Source of the DNA: Pseudogracilibacillus sp. | Lineage (GTDB): Bacteria; Bacillota; Bacilli; Bacillales; Amphibacillaceae | Length of the DNA stretch: 64,000 bases | Assembly: GCA_035301845.1 (NCBI GenBank) | Contig: DATGTM010000081.1 | Span: 10,243 to 74,242 of the forward strand | Direction: 5' to 3' | Part shown: positions 39,945 through 50,028 of the stretch, one piece after another | Layout of the letters: every line of letters starts with the position of its first letter | Position numbering within the stretch: position 1 is the stretch's first letter | Notes under the pieces: generated by a model | Told to the model about the DNA's origin: nothing | The model's input: the letters and a program-made list of their open reading frames with translations, nothing else | Databases searched by the model: none | Made by a program: the position numbers and the translations under genes

Positions 39945-40757
39945 TTAATGCTCGTCACGGGGAATCTCAGATACAAACGAGTCCCGTACTCTGTTCCAGA
40001 ATGGGAAGGGACGATACCGCACAAAACGAACTCGTTCTTTGGCTACGCGTGATTGAATCGATTTTACATTCGTATATGATTTTGTTGTATGGTCAATCGC
40101 GATAATAAAACTATCTTTACGTAGCGGACGCAATAAACATGTATGATGCTTTGGTAAAATAAGCGGTGAACCTATCGTTCTAAACACACGATTGTTAATG
40201 GACGCAATTTCCGCTATTTGGATCGCTTCCAGAGAAGGATGAATAATACCTCCCCCTAATGCTTTGTTATACGCGGTACTTCCAGACGGGGTTGAAATAC
40301 ATAAACCATCACCACGAAACGTTTCAAAATGTTCCCCCCGAATTTGTACATCAAATACAACAGAACCTTCAACTGTTTTTATTGTCGTCTCATTCAGTGC
40401 CAATACACTGACAGGCTTTTCATCATCGTTAAATCGAATTGTCACTTCCAGTAAAGGATATTCAACAACATGGAATGGTGTTTTGGCAATTTCTATGACC
40501 AATTTCTCAATTTCATCCGATGTCCAATCCGTATAAAACCCTAAATGTCCAGTATGTATACCTAAAAACGAAGCAGTATCTAACTGCTGGTCATAGCGTC
40601 TGAAAGCTTCTAATAAGGTACCATCTCCCCCTACCGATATAACTAATTCCGGGTTTTCTTTATCATAAATCAAATCAAAATCAATTAAATATTGTTTCAT
40701 TTTTGCTTTTATATTACTTGAGCGTTCATCTCCTCTAGAGACAATTACAAACTTCAT
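39945..40757 (-). CDS. ppnK: NAD kinase
   Basis: GGDGTLL, GHLGFY, NE, GDG..STP.GSTAYN..LGG. Confidence 0.96.
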   Translation of the reverse strand: MKFVIVSRGDERSSNIKAKMKQYLIDFDLIYDKENPELVISVGGDGTLLEAFRRYDQQLDTASFLGIHTGHLGFYTDWTSDEIEKLVIEIAKTPFHVVEYPLLEVTIRFNDDEKPVSVLALNETTIKTVEGSVVFDVQIRGEHFETFRGDGLCISTPSGSTAYNKALGGGIIHPSLEAIQIAEIASINNRVFRTIGSPLILPKHHTCLLRPLRKDSFIIAIDHTTKSYTNVKSIQSRVAKERVRFVRYRPFPFWNRVRDSFVSEIPRDEH

Positions 40758-40957
40758 CCTTCTCCCCCTCTTTCAACGGCATATTCTTATTTTATTATAC
40801 ACTTTTATCCGGAGACACGAAAGCGTTCTTCATCTGTATTAAAAGTCCATTACCTGTTACACTCTGTTAAAGGACTTTTCACCACTTCTGATTTCGTTCT
40901 CATTGCATATAATGAATGCATCCTTGATAATAAGAGGAAGAAGAAAGGATGAAATCA

Positions 40958-41530
40958 ATGAGCCAAGAAATAGAAATTGAATTTAAAACAATTATTCAGG
41001 AAAAAGAGTTTATCTCTTTAAAGCAAAGTATGCCTTTCACTTCCACACCTGTAAAGCAAATAAATTATTATTTTGAAACGAAGCAAGAAGACTTTAAACG
41101 AAGTCACTCTGCTTTACGTATACGTGAAAAAAATGGCACATACACACTAACTCTAAAAGAGCCGCATAAGGAAGGTATTCTCGAGACACATGATGAATTA
41201 ACCGAAGCAGAGTGTGCTGCTTGGTTAAATAACACACCTGTCATAAAACCACACACTCATCAACAATTATCCGCCCTAGGCATACAAGAAACAGATATTT
41301 CTTATTTCGGCTTTTTAAAAACAGAGCGCTATACATACGCAGTAGCTGATTTACTATACGTATTAGATAAAAGCGAATATAACCAGCAACTAGATTACGA
41401 GTTAGAACTTGAAGCAACAGATTATACAATAGGAGAACAAGCTTTCCATAAAATAATCCAACAATATAATATAACCGAACAGCAACCTGTCACGAAAATA
41501 GAACGTTTTTTTCATTCTCTTCGTGCATAA
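40958..41530 (+). CDS. yjbK: CYTH domain protein YjbK
   Basis: EIEIEFK, Q.NYYF.T, SALRIR, LTLK.P, LDKS.Y, DYELELE, KI.RF. Confidence 0.92.
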   Translation: MSQEIEIEFKTIIQEKEFISLKQSMPFTSTPVKQINYYFETKQEDFKRSHSALRIREKNGTYTLTLKEPHKEGILETHDELTEAECAAWLNNTPVIKPHTHQQLSALGIQETDISYFGFLKTERYTYAVADLLYVLDKSEYNQQLDYELELEATDYTIGEQAFHKIIQQYNITEQQPVTKIERFFHSLRA

Positions 41531-41650
41531 GATGCTTCCATTCTCTAGTAATAAAGAATCACCATTTGCAGAGATAACGTATTATAATTTGAATGATTGT
41601 GCTTAATCTATTGGATTTCAATGAACGAATTGTGAAAGGAAGACATAGAA

Positions 41651-42025
41651 TTGACAACTCAAAATACTATATTTGAATTAATCGGCGGACAAGCCGCTGT
41701 TGAAAGAATTACTACTTCACTTTATACACATATAGGACAAAATAAACAATTGCTTGAAATTTTCCCGGAAGATTTGAATGAATCAGCCAGAAAGCAGCGG
41801 CTTTTTCTTACACAATTTTTCGGTGGGCCTGCACTCTACGCAGAGGAACGTGGAGCACCTATGCTGCGTAGGAGACATTTACCTTTTGAAATCACACCAG
41901 AAAGAGCAAGACAATGGCTTTACTGTATGGATCTCGCTCTGGACGAAGCGAAAATACAAGAACCATATCGTACACAAATATTTGATCGTCTCACTCAGGT
42001 AGGGACTCATATGATTAATAGTTAA
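41651..42025 (+). CDS. yjbI: Group II truncated hemoglobin YjbI
   Basis: F..IGG, KQ..FLTQF.GGP.LY, P.LR.RH.PF.IT...A..WL.CM, HMIN. Confidence 0.92.
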   Translation: MTTQNTIFELIGGQAAVERITTSLYTHIGQNKQLLEIFPEDLNESARKQRLFLTQFFGGPALYAEERGAPMLRRRHLPFEITPERARQWLYCMDLALDEAKIQEPYRTQIFDRLTQVGTHMINS

Positions 42026-42237
42026 ATGGACAATCGAAAATACAAGAAGAATATTGATTACCCGAAGTGTACCACTATTTATAAACCGCTAATCCATTTC
42101 AAATTGTTGTTACGTTAACCTTGAGAGAGAATTCTCTTTTATAATATGCAAGATGATAATCTATCTATATTTTAAATTCGCTACTATTTTAGGCTACAAG
42201 TCTTTTATTTTATGGATTAATTTTTAATTTAGAAGCA

Positions 42238-42276
42238 AAAATAGTGCGAGTGAATTATTCACTCGCACTACTTTAT
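42238..42276. terminator. Bidirectional intrinsic terminator
   Basis: TAGTGCGAGTGAAT / ATTCACTCGCACTA inverted repeat. Confidence 0.8.
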
Positions 42277-42364
42277 TATACAGCCTTTTCTTCTACATTC
42301 ATTTAGGAGGATAATTATTTTATATATAATAAAATCGTTACATTAAATAACCGATTGGATACAT

Positions 42365-42616
42365 TCAATAGTTAAACGCAAAAATGATTACAACGATAAT
42401 CGTAACGATTGTTACAATAGAATAAGTCCAAATTTGTACTGGCAACATTTTAGAAACAGAATTTTTTTCGTATGCTAAAGAACGTTCTCTCGCTTCCTCA
42501 GCAGATTCGTTCTTATGATCTTGTATTTTTTTATTTTCTTGTTTAACGGCAAACCAAGTAATAATACCTGCCACAATAATCAGTATCATACTGCTCCAAA
42601 TTAAAATCATATTCAT
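42365..42616 (-). CDS. Small hypothetical membrane protein (two TM helices)
   Basis: RBS AAGGAG; hydrophobic N and C termini around a charged helical linker. Confidence 0.8.
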   Translation of the reverse strand: MNMILIWSSMILIIVAGIITWFAVKQENKKIQDHKNESAEEARERSLAYEKNSVSKMLPVQIWTYSIVTIVTIIVVIIFAFNY

Positions 42617-42653
42617 ATCGAAAACTCCTTTAAATAATGATTATCTTGTAATC

Positions 42654-42696
42654 AGTATAGTAAAGAAATTCTCAATTAGGTGTGATTTGAGTCACA
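42654..42696 (-). promoter_or_regulatory. Crp/Fnr-family box at -41.5 plus -10 element
   Basis: TGTGA-TTTGAG-TCACA at 42681-42696; minus-strand TATACT at 42654-42659; no good -35. Confidence 0.7.
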
Positions 42697-42714
42697 CTTT
42701 CAACTCTTTTCGAT

Positions 42715-42748
42715 AAAAAAGACTGTACGCCAGTGCGTACAGTCTTTT
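42715..42748 (-). terminator. Intrinsic terminator of ndh-sORF operon
   Basis: AAAAGACTGTACGC-CAGT-GCGTACAGTCTTTT. Confidence 0.88.
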
Positions 42749-42762
42749 AATGACTTTTCAGT

Positions 42763-42855
42763 TTAACGAAAATCTCTCGTATCTTCTAACATTCTCGTGG
42801 TTACAACATACCCAACCAACGTAGCTGCTAAAATAAGTAAAATCTTTTTCATCAC
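42763..42855 (-). CDS. Unannotated small protein, 29-30 aa, single hydrophobic helix
   Basis: AAGGAGG RBS, then GTG/ATG; (M)MKKILLILAATLVGYVVTTRMLEDTRDFR*. Lies between the ndh stop and a terminator. Confidence 0.72.
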   Translation of the reverse strand: MMKKILLILAATLVGYVVTTRMLEDTRDFR

Positions 42856-42879
42856 GTGGTTCCTCCTTTAATCTGTTTA

Positions 42880-44091
42880 TTAGAATGGACGGAATTTACC
42901 TTTTTTAAGAATCATTTTGGTACCGCCCAGTAAGAATAAAGAACGGTTATCTACTGCTTTTTTCATAGCAGCTGCAGATTTACCTGTCAATTCCTTGCCA
43001 TCGAATACTACACCAATTCCGTCATTTACACCTAAAGAAGCAACAGTTCCCCGGTCATGGAATGAAAATGACTCTAATGGAACCCCATCCATTAAGGCAA
43101 CAATATTATTTGCACATAATTCTCCATGTTGTGTTGCAGCTTGAGCAGTTGGCGGGAATGGTTTACCTGATTCCGGATCCATCACCCAAGCACAGTCACC
43201 AATGACAAAAACATCTTCCTCTTCAGGAGCACGCAAATCATTTTCAACTGTCACTTTTCCTTTTGTAATTTCAAAACCGGACTTAGACAAGACAGAACTT
43301 CCTGTCACACCACCAGTCCAAATAATCGTACCTGCTTTAATTTCTTCATTATCCTCGCCAATAATAAAGGCGTCTTCGGTACATTCTTTAATAGCAGCAT
43401 CCAAGCGGAATTCTACTCCACGATCTTCTAAAGATTTCTTCGCATAAGCTGTTAAGTTTTCACCAAAGGTTGGCAAAATATTTGGCATTGCTTCCACATT
43501 AATAATTCTTACTTTACTACGATCTATATCGTATTTCTTACATAATTCTGGTACACGTTCGGCCAATTCACCCAATAATTCTATACCTGTAAATCCAGCT
43601 CCGCCTACTAAAATATTTAAAAGATCTTCACTTGCATTTTCTTCAGATGCATATTTCGCAAATTGCAATTCAAGATGTTCACGAATTAAGCGACTTGAAT
43701 CAATATCAACGATAGCAAAAGCATTCTCCTCCATGCCTTTAATACCAAATGTATTAGATTCAAAACCAAGTGCAATAACTACATAATCATAAGTTATTTC
43801 ACCATTTTCTAATACTACACGCTTTTCTTCTTTTTTCACTTCAACGACTTCATCATAAATAAGACGTACATGATTTGGATTAACTACATCGCTAAGCATA
43901 AAACGTGCCTGGTTTGGATTAATTGTGCCCGCAGCCACTTCGTGTAACCAGGTTGATTCAAAGTGATAATTATGTTTGTTTACTAATACGATGTCTGCTT
44001 CTTCTGCGGATAACTTCTTAGTTAAATCTCTGACTGTTTTAAGTCCTGCATACCCTGCGCCGAGGACCACTATTTTAGGTTTATTACTCAT
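42880..44091 (-). CDS. ndh: Type II NADH:quinone oxidoreductase (Ndh/YumB-like)
   Basis: LGAGYAG, WLHE.AAG, GGAGFTGIE..GEL, WTGGV, GDCA, PPTAQ.A.Q.G, GTVASLG. Confidence 0.9.
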   Translation of the reverse strand: MSNKPKIVVLGAGYAGLKTVRDLTKKLSAEEADIVLVNKHNYHFESTWLHEVAAGTINPNQARFMLSDVVNPNHVRLIYDEVVEVKKEEKRVVLENGEITYDYVVIALGFESNTFGIKGMEENAFAIVDIDSSRLIREHLELQFAKYASEENASEDLLNILVGGAGFTGIELLGELAERVPELCKKYDIDRSKVRIINVEAMPNILPTFGENLTAYAKKSLEDRGVEFRLDAAIKECTEDAFIIGEDNEEIKAGTIIWTGGVTGSSVLSKSGFEITKGKVTVENDLRAPEEEDVFVIGDCAWVMDPESGKPFPPTAQAATQHGELCANNIVALMDGVPLESFSFHDRGTVASLGVNDGIGVVFDGKELTGKSAAAMKKAVDNRSLFLLGGTKMILKKGKFRPF

Positions 44092-44228
44092 CTTAAAAGT
44101 ACCCCTTTCATCATTTGTTTCATTTTATTTTAAAGCTTACTTTTACACCCATTAATCCATTACATCGTCTAAATATTTGAAAACAATTAAGTAATGGAAA
44201 CATATAAAAGATAAAAGCAAAACTTAGT

Positions 44229-44246
44229 AAGTGAATTATTGAACAA
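44229..44246. promoter_or_regulatory. Possible Rex operator upstream of ndh
   Basis: Minus strand TTGTTCA-ATAA-TTCACTT against consensus TTGTGAA-N4-TTCACAA (4 mismatches). Confidence 0.35.
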
Positions 44247-44405
44247 GATTATCAATCAATCTTTATAGAGTAAAATTTTATTCAGCGTTCAATACTATAT
44301 CGTTTCCTTCCATATTTAATCATATCAAATTTCTCTTTATTACGCTAATTATTCTTACAAATAAAATACTCGATTAGAAAGTAAAGCAATCTAATCGAGA
44401 GAATA

Positions 44406-45092
44406 CTAGACAGGGCGGATGATCATTTCATTAATATTCACATGTGCAGGCTGTAAAACTGCATAAACAACTGAATCCGCTATATTAGATGCATCTAACG
44501 GTTTCCGATCCACATTACCTCTTGTATTTAACGGTGTATCAACCATTCCTGGAGAAATATTCGTGATACGAACCCCGGTGCGCGCAAGTTCTTTTTCTAA
44601 GCCCATCGAAATGGCGCGGACCGCAAATTTTGTTGCGCTATATGCTGTACTCTTCTTTGAAACTTCAAATCCCGAAACAGAAGCAATATTAACGATATGC
44701 CCTGTTCCTCGCTGAATCATATCAGGAATTACTTGATGTAATCCATATAAAACACCTTTGATATTTACATCAATCATTTTTTCCCAATCTTCTACAGCAC
44801 CATCCGTAATGGCACCATTTAACATCACTCCTGCATTGTTTACGTAAACATCTATTGCGCCAAAACGCTCTTTAGCCTGTTCTACCATGGCAGTAACTTC
44901 CGTTTGGTTAGAGATGTCTGTCGGAATCGGTAATATTGTTGCTTCGGTTGTTGTTGTCAACTCTTCAGCTATTTGTTGTAATTTTTCTTTGTTCCGTGCA
45001 ACTAAGACTACATTTATATTTTCTTCTGCTAACCTGGTCGCGATCGACTTTCCTATTCCACTACTAGCACCTGTGACAATAGCTGTTGTCAT
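44406..45092 (-). CDS. Short-chain dehydrogenase/reductase
   Basis: TGASSGIG, NNAG, Ser, YSATK, PGMVDT, QP.HVNINE..IRP. Confidence 0.94.
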   Translation of the reverse strand: MTTAIVTGASSGIGKSIATRLAEENINVVLVARNKEKLQQIAEELTTTTEATILPIPTDISNQTEVTAMVEQAKERFGAIDVYVNNAGVMLNGAITDGAVEDWEKMIDVNIKGVLYGLHQVIPDMIQRGTGHIVNIASVSGFEVSKKSTAYSATKFAVRAISMGLEKELARTGVRITNISPGMVDTPLNTRGNVDRKPLDASNIADSVVYAVLQPAHVNINEMIIRPV

Positions 45093-45137
45093 TTACAATC
45101 CCTTCTTTCATTATTTATTTTATGAAAGTTCTACAAT

Positions 45138-45836
45138 TCATTCCTCTTTGTCTTCATTATTATTCGTATTCGAAGTGTTTCTTTCTTCGTTATCCGCATT
45201 ATTAAAATCAACATTTTCATTATTGGAATCATCTTTCTCATTAGATTCATTATTATCAGATGAATCTCTTGATGGGCGGTTGGATGAATTGTTCGGTGTA
45301 TCATTATCAGAGGACTCCGCGGCCCCTTCCGAAGTCTCTGAATTTTGATTTCCTGAGTTGTTTGTACCACCAGTATCACTTGGTTGGTTATTTCCAGGAT
45401 TATTGCTTGGTGTTTGTATTTGTTCTTGTTCAGGTGATTCTTCCTGTTCTGGCGTTTCATTTTGCTCGGGTATTTCCTCTTGTTGAGGAGTTTCTTCTAC
45501 TGGGCCTTCCTCTTCTACCGGAGCTTCATCTGTTTCATTCTCCTCTGGCACATCTCGACCTTCTATTGGCTCTTCTGCAGGGTCTTCCCAAGCATTTTCT
45601 TCAAATAGAAATTCTAAATCTTTTTTAGACCAGGAAGTGATGATTGCTTCTTGCTTCTGTTCGTGCTTCCTTATGTCTAATGAAACGCTGTCTGACGAAT
45701 CGTTTGTCTGCTCTTGTTCTTTTGGAGCATATGATTTCGCCTGATTGTTCCACATGTTTCTGCCGAGCCAAATGGTGAGGACCAACAAGAAAACTAATAC
45801 AATATTGAATAGAATCAACATCTTTTTACTCATCAA
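45138..45836 (-). CDS. Membrane-anchored acidic low-complexity protein
   Basis: One N-terminal TM helix, then a long E/P/Q/N/S-rich disordered region. Confidence 0.75.
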   Translation of the reverse strand: MMSKKMLILFNIVLVFLLVLTIWLGRNMWNNQAKSYAPKEQEQTNDSSDSVSLDIRKHEQKQEAIITSWSKKDLEFLFEENAWEDPAEEPIEGRDVPEENETDEAPVEEEGPVEETPQQEEIPEQNETPEQEESPEQEQIQTPSNNPGNNQPSDTGGTNNSGNQNSETSEGAAESSDNDTPNNSSNRPSRDSSDNNESNEKDDSNNENVDFNNADNEERNTSNTNNNEDKEE

Positions 45837-45998
45837 TTACCCCCGCGCTTCCAATGAAAAGTTCCATTCAATTGTACTGATAATTCACAGAATTTGCAAC
45901 TAAATATCTATTTTCAACCTGGTTCATATGCTTTTTGATCTATAAACTATTCCTGAACAATATACAATACGAGAACAGACATAATTAACAAATAGTTC

Positions 45999-46165
45999 CT
46001 ACCTAAGATTCACGGATCTCCAATCAGGCCATTGTTGTCTAATTGATCAGATGAAAAAAGACCTAAACCAGCTATGTTACTTTAAGAAACGATTACAACA
46101 AGAAACACGGTATATTTCCAGACTTTTCTGATCTTATACAAATGGTTTCCGATTAAAGAATGTCC
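45999..46165 (-). pseudogene. Possible eroded gerPA/gerPF-like spore germination gene
   Basis: Broken frames read SLIGN/ICIRS..SGNI/IVS*SNIAGLGLFSSDQLDNNGL, loosely like GerPA/PF (PxIVGxxxINS..ISPKS..AGSGSFNTGD..NNG); downstream of addA. Confidence 0.25.
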
Positions 46166-46308
46166 AGGTAATAAACTTGAGCCCTTCTATAGCGTTTGAT
46201 ACCAGCGCATCACCCCATTAAAATAATAGAAATCCATCAGGTTTAACTAATGGATTTCTTATGAATTTCACATGCTCAGTTGGGTGTTTAATATAGATAT
46301 TTCTTTCT

Positions 46309-49300
46309 TTACATTTCTACTACTAAATTTTTATCAAAAAAGTACAAATAAGCGGCAGTTACTTTTTGATTTAAAATATCCCCCATCGCTTGTTTATACA
46401 GAGATAATTGCGTATCATATTTGTCTTTAAGCTTTTGAACAGTGGCTTGAGACGGAGAGGATTCAGCAATAGTGTCTGTTTTATAATCAATAATTATTAC
46501 TCCTTCTTCTTGATGCAATAAACAGTCCACTACCCCTTGAATAAACACTTTTTCTTGTTGATTGCTTTCCCACTCCGAGTAAATTTCTGATGCATCTAAG
46601 GAATAAGTGAATGGTACTTCTCGTTCCACTTTCTTACTTTGTTGAATGATGGAGGAAAGCTTCGTGTCAAAAAACGCAAGAACCGCTTGCCGGTTAATCA
46701 CAGCTGCCTCTTCTGTTGTTAATTTCTCCTGACTAACTAATGTTTCAAGATAATTTTCTAATGCTGCTGCATCAAATTGCCCCTCAAAAGGAATGTGCTG
46801 CATCACAGTGTGCATTGCCGTCCCTCTCTCTGCAGCACTCAAATCTTTTGTTTCCTGCATAAAACGGGGACGACTGTTCAATGGGCTTCGAAAAGGCTGA
46901 ACCATTTGTTGGCCACTATACTCATCAACTGTTTCTTGACGTCGCTTGATTTCTGTCACACTTTGTTTCCTGTTTGTCTTCGTCGCTTTTTCAAAAGGAT
47001 ATTCGTAAGACAATAAAGTGTCGACATATTCGAAGTCCTCCTCATTTACTTCTTTAGACGGTTTCCAACCGGTAATCTTATCTTTTAAGTCTGCTTGTTT
47101 TTGGATAAGCTCATCCTGCATATTAAGTAACTCATCCGCTTTAATCAATCGGATATGCCAATTGGATGCATCCTGAACAATTTCTTGGGGTACTGTATCT
47201 GCTAGTGTGTCCTCTCCAGATAAATGATCATTTTGCTGGTGACGAATTAAAGCTGGTCCTATCCAATCAAAATAAGTTTTTGCTTTTTTTCTCATTGATA
47301 ATGGCAAAGTCCATTCACTATGCTGCATTATAGAAGCCCATTTTTCTTGCAGCTTTTCCATTGAGGGCACATTGCCAACCATAATCAATTTTTCTTTCGC
47401 TCTTGTCATAGCAACGTATAGTACACGCATTTCTTCGGCGAGTGTTTTTTGTTGAGCGATTTGTTTTAAAGACTGGTAGTAAAGCGTTGGATACGTAATT
47501 CGTTTTTCCGGATCAATAAACTTCGTCGCAAAACCATAATCTTTATCTAACATATAAGTCGCTCGTATATCTTGAAAATTAAACTGTTTATGCAACCCTC
47601 CAAGAAATACAACAGGAAATTCCAATCCCTTACTTTTATGAATTGTCATAATACGTACAACATCTTCTTGCTCACTTAACGCACGCGCTTCGCCTAAATC
47701 CTTTTTTTCTTCCTCCATTCGTTCAATAAAGCGTAAAAAACGGAATAACCCCCGAAATGAAGTTGCTTCATATCCTCGTGCCCTGTCATACAAGGCTCGT
47801 AAATTAGCTTGCCGTTGTCTGCCGCCAGGGATTCCCGAAACGAAATCATAATAACCTGTTTCCTGAAAAATATTCCAGATTAAATCTGATAATGCATCTG
47901 TCTTTGCGACATGCCGGAAATGTTCTAATTGTGTCGAAAATTGCTGCAATCGTTCATCATTTACTTTGGCAATATAGTCTTTTAATGCTTCATAAAAAGA
48001 CCCGTTTTGATTAGCCAGTCGAATTTGTGCCAGTGTTTCTTCATTCACGCCAACGATAGGAGAACGTAAAACAGATGCCAATGGAATATCCTGATACGGA
48101 TTATCAATGACTTTTAACATATTTATCATTACTTGAATCTCGATTGCTTCCAGATACCCTGTACTTAATTCTGCATGAACTGGAATACCTTGTTTGCGCA
48201 ACTCTTCTATAATAGTGGATACTCCAGTTAAAGAACGTTGTAAAATGACCATATCGCTATACTGAATGGGGCGCGGTTGATTCGTTGCTTTATCTATCAC
48301 TTCAAATGGTTGGTTCGATTGCTCCCCGCTAATCAATTGCTTAATCTTCTGTGCATAGACACGCGCTTCCAATTCTATATTCATCACATCTTGAGCTGTT
48401 TCCTCGCCGTTATTTCTTTCCACTTCTTCACCATTTGAAGTATCCCTGTCTACAATCAGTACTTCAGCTGCTTTTTCGTGCAACGGATAGTGGTTATAGC
48501 CTTTATTTCCATACTTCAATTCCGCTTCATTATTATATACAATTTCTCCCAACGTTTCGTCTAATATTTGTCTAAAAATATAATTCGTGCCTGTTAAAAC
48601 ACCCTCTCGACTACGAAAATTCTCAGCGAGGTCAATTTTAATACCCTGCTCGGGATCTTTGGCATACTGTTGATACTTATTCATAAATAAATTGGGTTCT
48701 GCATGACGAAAGCGATATATACTCTGCTTTACATCGCCTACCATAAAACGATTCCCCGTCGTTTCTTGTTTGCTTATAATCGATAAAATTGTTTCTTGGA
48801 CAAAATTAATATCTTGATATTCATCCACAAAAACTTCTTTAAATTGCTTTTTATACTGCTCTGCAATATCAGAGGGGATAATATTATCTTCTGTCGAGGA
48901 CGCATCCATCAAGATTGCCAGACAATAATGCTCTAAATCAGAAAAATCAACAATAGCTTTTTCTTTTTTTACCGCAGTAAACTTCTCTTTAAATGCTATG
49001 GTTAAATTGGCAATTTCCTCAACAGCAGGTTGTAAGGTTCTCATATCTTCCACATGTGCTGCCAATGAGCGTTTGAATAAACTATTTGCTAATTTCTTCC
49101 AATCATCCTGATAGCTTTTCCGTATGGATTTGACCTTTTCTTTTGTGTCTTCATTACATTCCACTCGTTTACGGGACAAACTTTGAAACGTACTTTCTTG
49201 AAACAGACTTTGGAGCTGATTCCAATCAGTTTCTTTTTCTACTTGCTGAATAAGTAGTAAATCGCTCTCCAGCGCTTCGATATAGTGATATGGTCCGTCC

Positions 49301-50028
49301 GGAGTTCTTGCTAATTCAAGAGCGTGTTCTACGCCAAGTTTAAAACCTTGAACGTCTTCAATCACTGCTTGTTTCAAATGCTCCAACCAAAAGAAGTCAC
49401 TTTGCTTCCAATTGTCAGGAACTTTATAATTATCCGCTACTTTTTGCAACCATTCTTCCGGCCAAGGACTTTCCATTGAAAATTGATAGATTTTCAATAA
49501 TAAACTAGCAATCGCTTCATCATTTCGATCACTCGAGAACATATCAGCTACATGAAAGAAGCGATCTAACTCTTCTCCCGTTTTACTATAAGCTTCTTCT
49601 AAGACATCATCGATAACCTCTTGGCGAATAAGATCCATCTCCATTTGATCCGCAATGCGAAAAGCAGGGTCCACGTCGATTCGGTATGCATATTGTCGGA
49701 CTACCGATGTACAAAACGCATGCAATGTAGAGATTGATGCACGTTGCAACAAAGATAACTGTTTCTTTAAATGGTACGATTCCGGATCATCAGCAATTGC
49801 TTCTTCTAAGGCATCGCCTATTCTTGACCGCATTTCTTCCGCTGCAGCGTTCGTAAAAGTCGCAACGAGGATTTCATCAATTTGATACGGCTGCTCCGGT
49901 TGAACTATTTTTTGAATAATCCGTTCCACCAATACTGCCGTTTTCCCTGAACCTGCCGCAGCTGCAACAAGAATGTCTGAGTCGGATTCATCAATAGCCT
50001 GCTGTTGTTTTTCTGTCCACTTTACCAT
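46309..50028 (-). CDS. addA: Helicase-nuclease AddA
   Basis: AAAGSGKT.VLVERI, TFTNAAA.EM, VDEYQD, VGDVKQSIYRFR, MTIHKSKGLEF, YVAMTRAK, QG.VD..IDYKTD. Confidence 0.98.
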   Translation of the reverse strand: MVKWTEKQQQAIDESDSDILVAAAAGSGKTAVLVERIIQKIVQPEQPYQIDEILVATFTNAAAEEMRSRIGDALEEAIADDPESYHLKKQLSLLQRASISTLHAFCTSVVRQYAYRIDVDPAFRIADQMEMDLIRQEVIDDVLEEAYSKTGEELDRFFHVADMFSSDRNDEAIASLLLKIYQFSMESPWPEEWLQKVADNYKVPDNWKQSDFFWLEHLKQAVIEDVQGFKLGVEHALELARTPDGPYHYIEALESDLLLIQQVEKETDWNQLQSLFQESTFQSLSRKRVECNEDTKEKVKSIRKSYQDDWKKLANSLFKRSLAAHVEDMRTLQPAVEEIANLTIAFKEKFTAVKKEKAIVDFSDLEHYCLAILMDASSTEDNIIPSDIAEQYKKQFKEVFVDEYQDINFVQETILSIISKQETTGNRFMVGDVKQSIYRFRHAEPNLFMNKYQQYAKDPEQGIKIDLAENFRSREGVLTGTNYIFRQILDETLGEIVYNNEAELKYGNKGYNHYPLHEKAAEVLIVDRDTSNGEEVERNNGEETAQDVMNIELEARVYAQKIKQLISGEQSNQPFEVIDKATNQPRPIQYSDMVILQRSLTGVSTIIEELRKQGIPVHAELSTGYLEAIEIQVMINMLKVIDNPYQDIPLASVLRSPIVGVNEETLAQIRLANQNGSFYEALKDYIAKVNDERLQQFSTQLEHFRHVAKTDALSDLIWNIFQETGYYDFVSGIPGGRQRQANLRALYDRARGYEATSFRGLFRFLRFIERMEEEKKDLGEARALSEQEDVVRIMTIHKSKGLEFPVVFLGGLHKQFNFQDIRATYMLDKDYGFATKFIDPEKRITYPTLYYQSLKQIAQQKTLAEEMRVLYVAMTRAKEKLIMVGNVPSMEKLQEKWASIMQHSEWTLPLSMRKKAKTYFDWIGPALIRHQQNDHLSGEDTLADTVPQEIVQDASNWHIRLIKADELLNMQDELIQKQADLKDKITGWKPSKEVNEEDFEYVDTLLSYEYPFEKATKTNRKQSVTEIKRRQETVDEYSGQQMVQPFRSPLNSRPRFMQETKDLSAAERGTAMHTVMQHIPFEGQFDAAALENYLETLVSQEKLTTEEAAVINRQAVLAFFDTKLSSIIQQSKKVEREVPFTYSLDASEIYSEWESNQQEKVFIQGVVDCLLHQEEGVIIIDYKTDTIAESSPSQATVQKLKDKYDTQLSLYKQAMGDILNQKVTAAYLYFFDKNLVVEM

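Noticed and set aside
42026-42125. yjbH pseudogene fragment (LFINR*SISNCCYVNLE)
   Set aside because: Too short and too weak to distinguish from chance without an alignment.
45131-45628. Overlapping alternative-frame ORFs (109, 122, 153 aa)
   Set aside because: Shadow frames of a low-complexity coding region.
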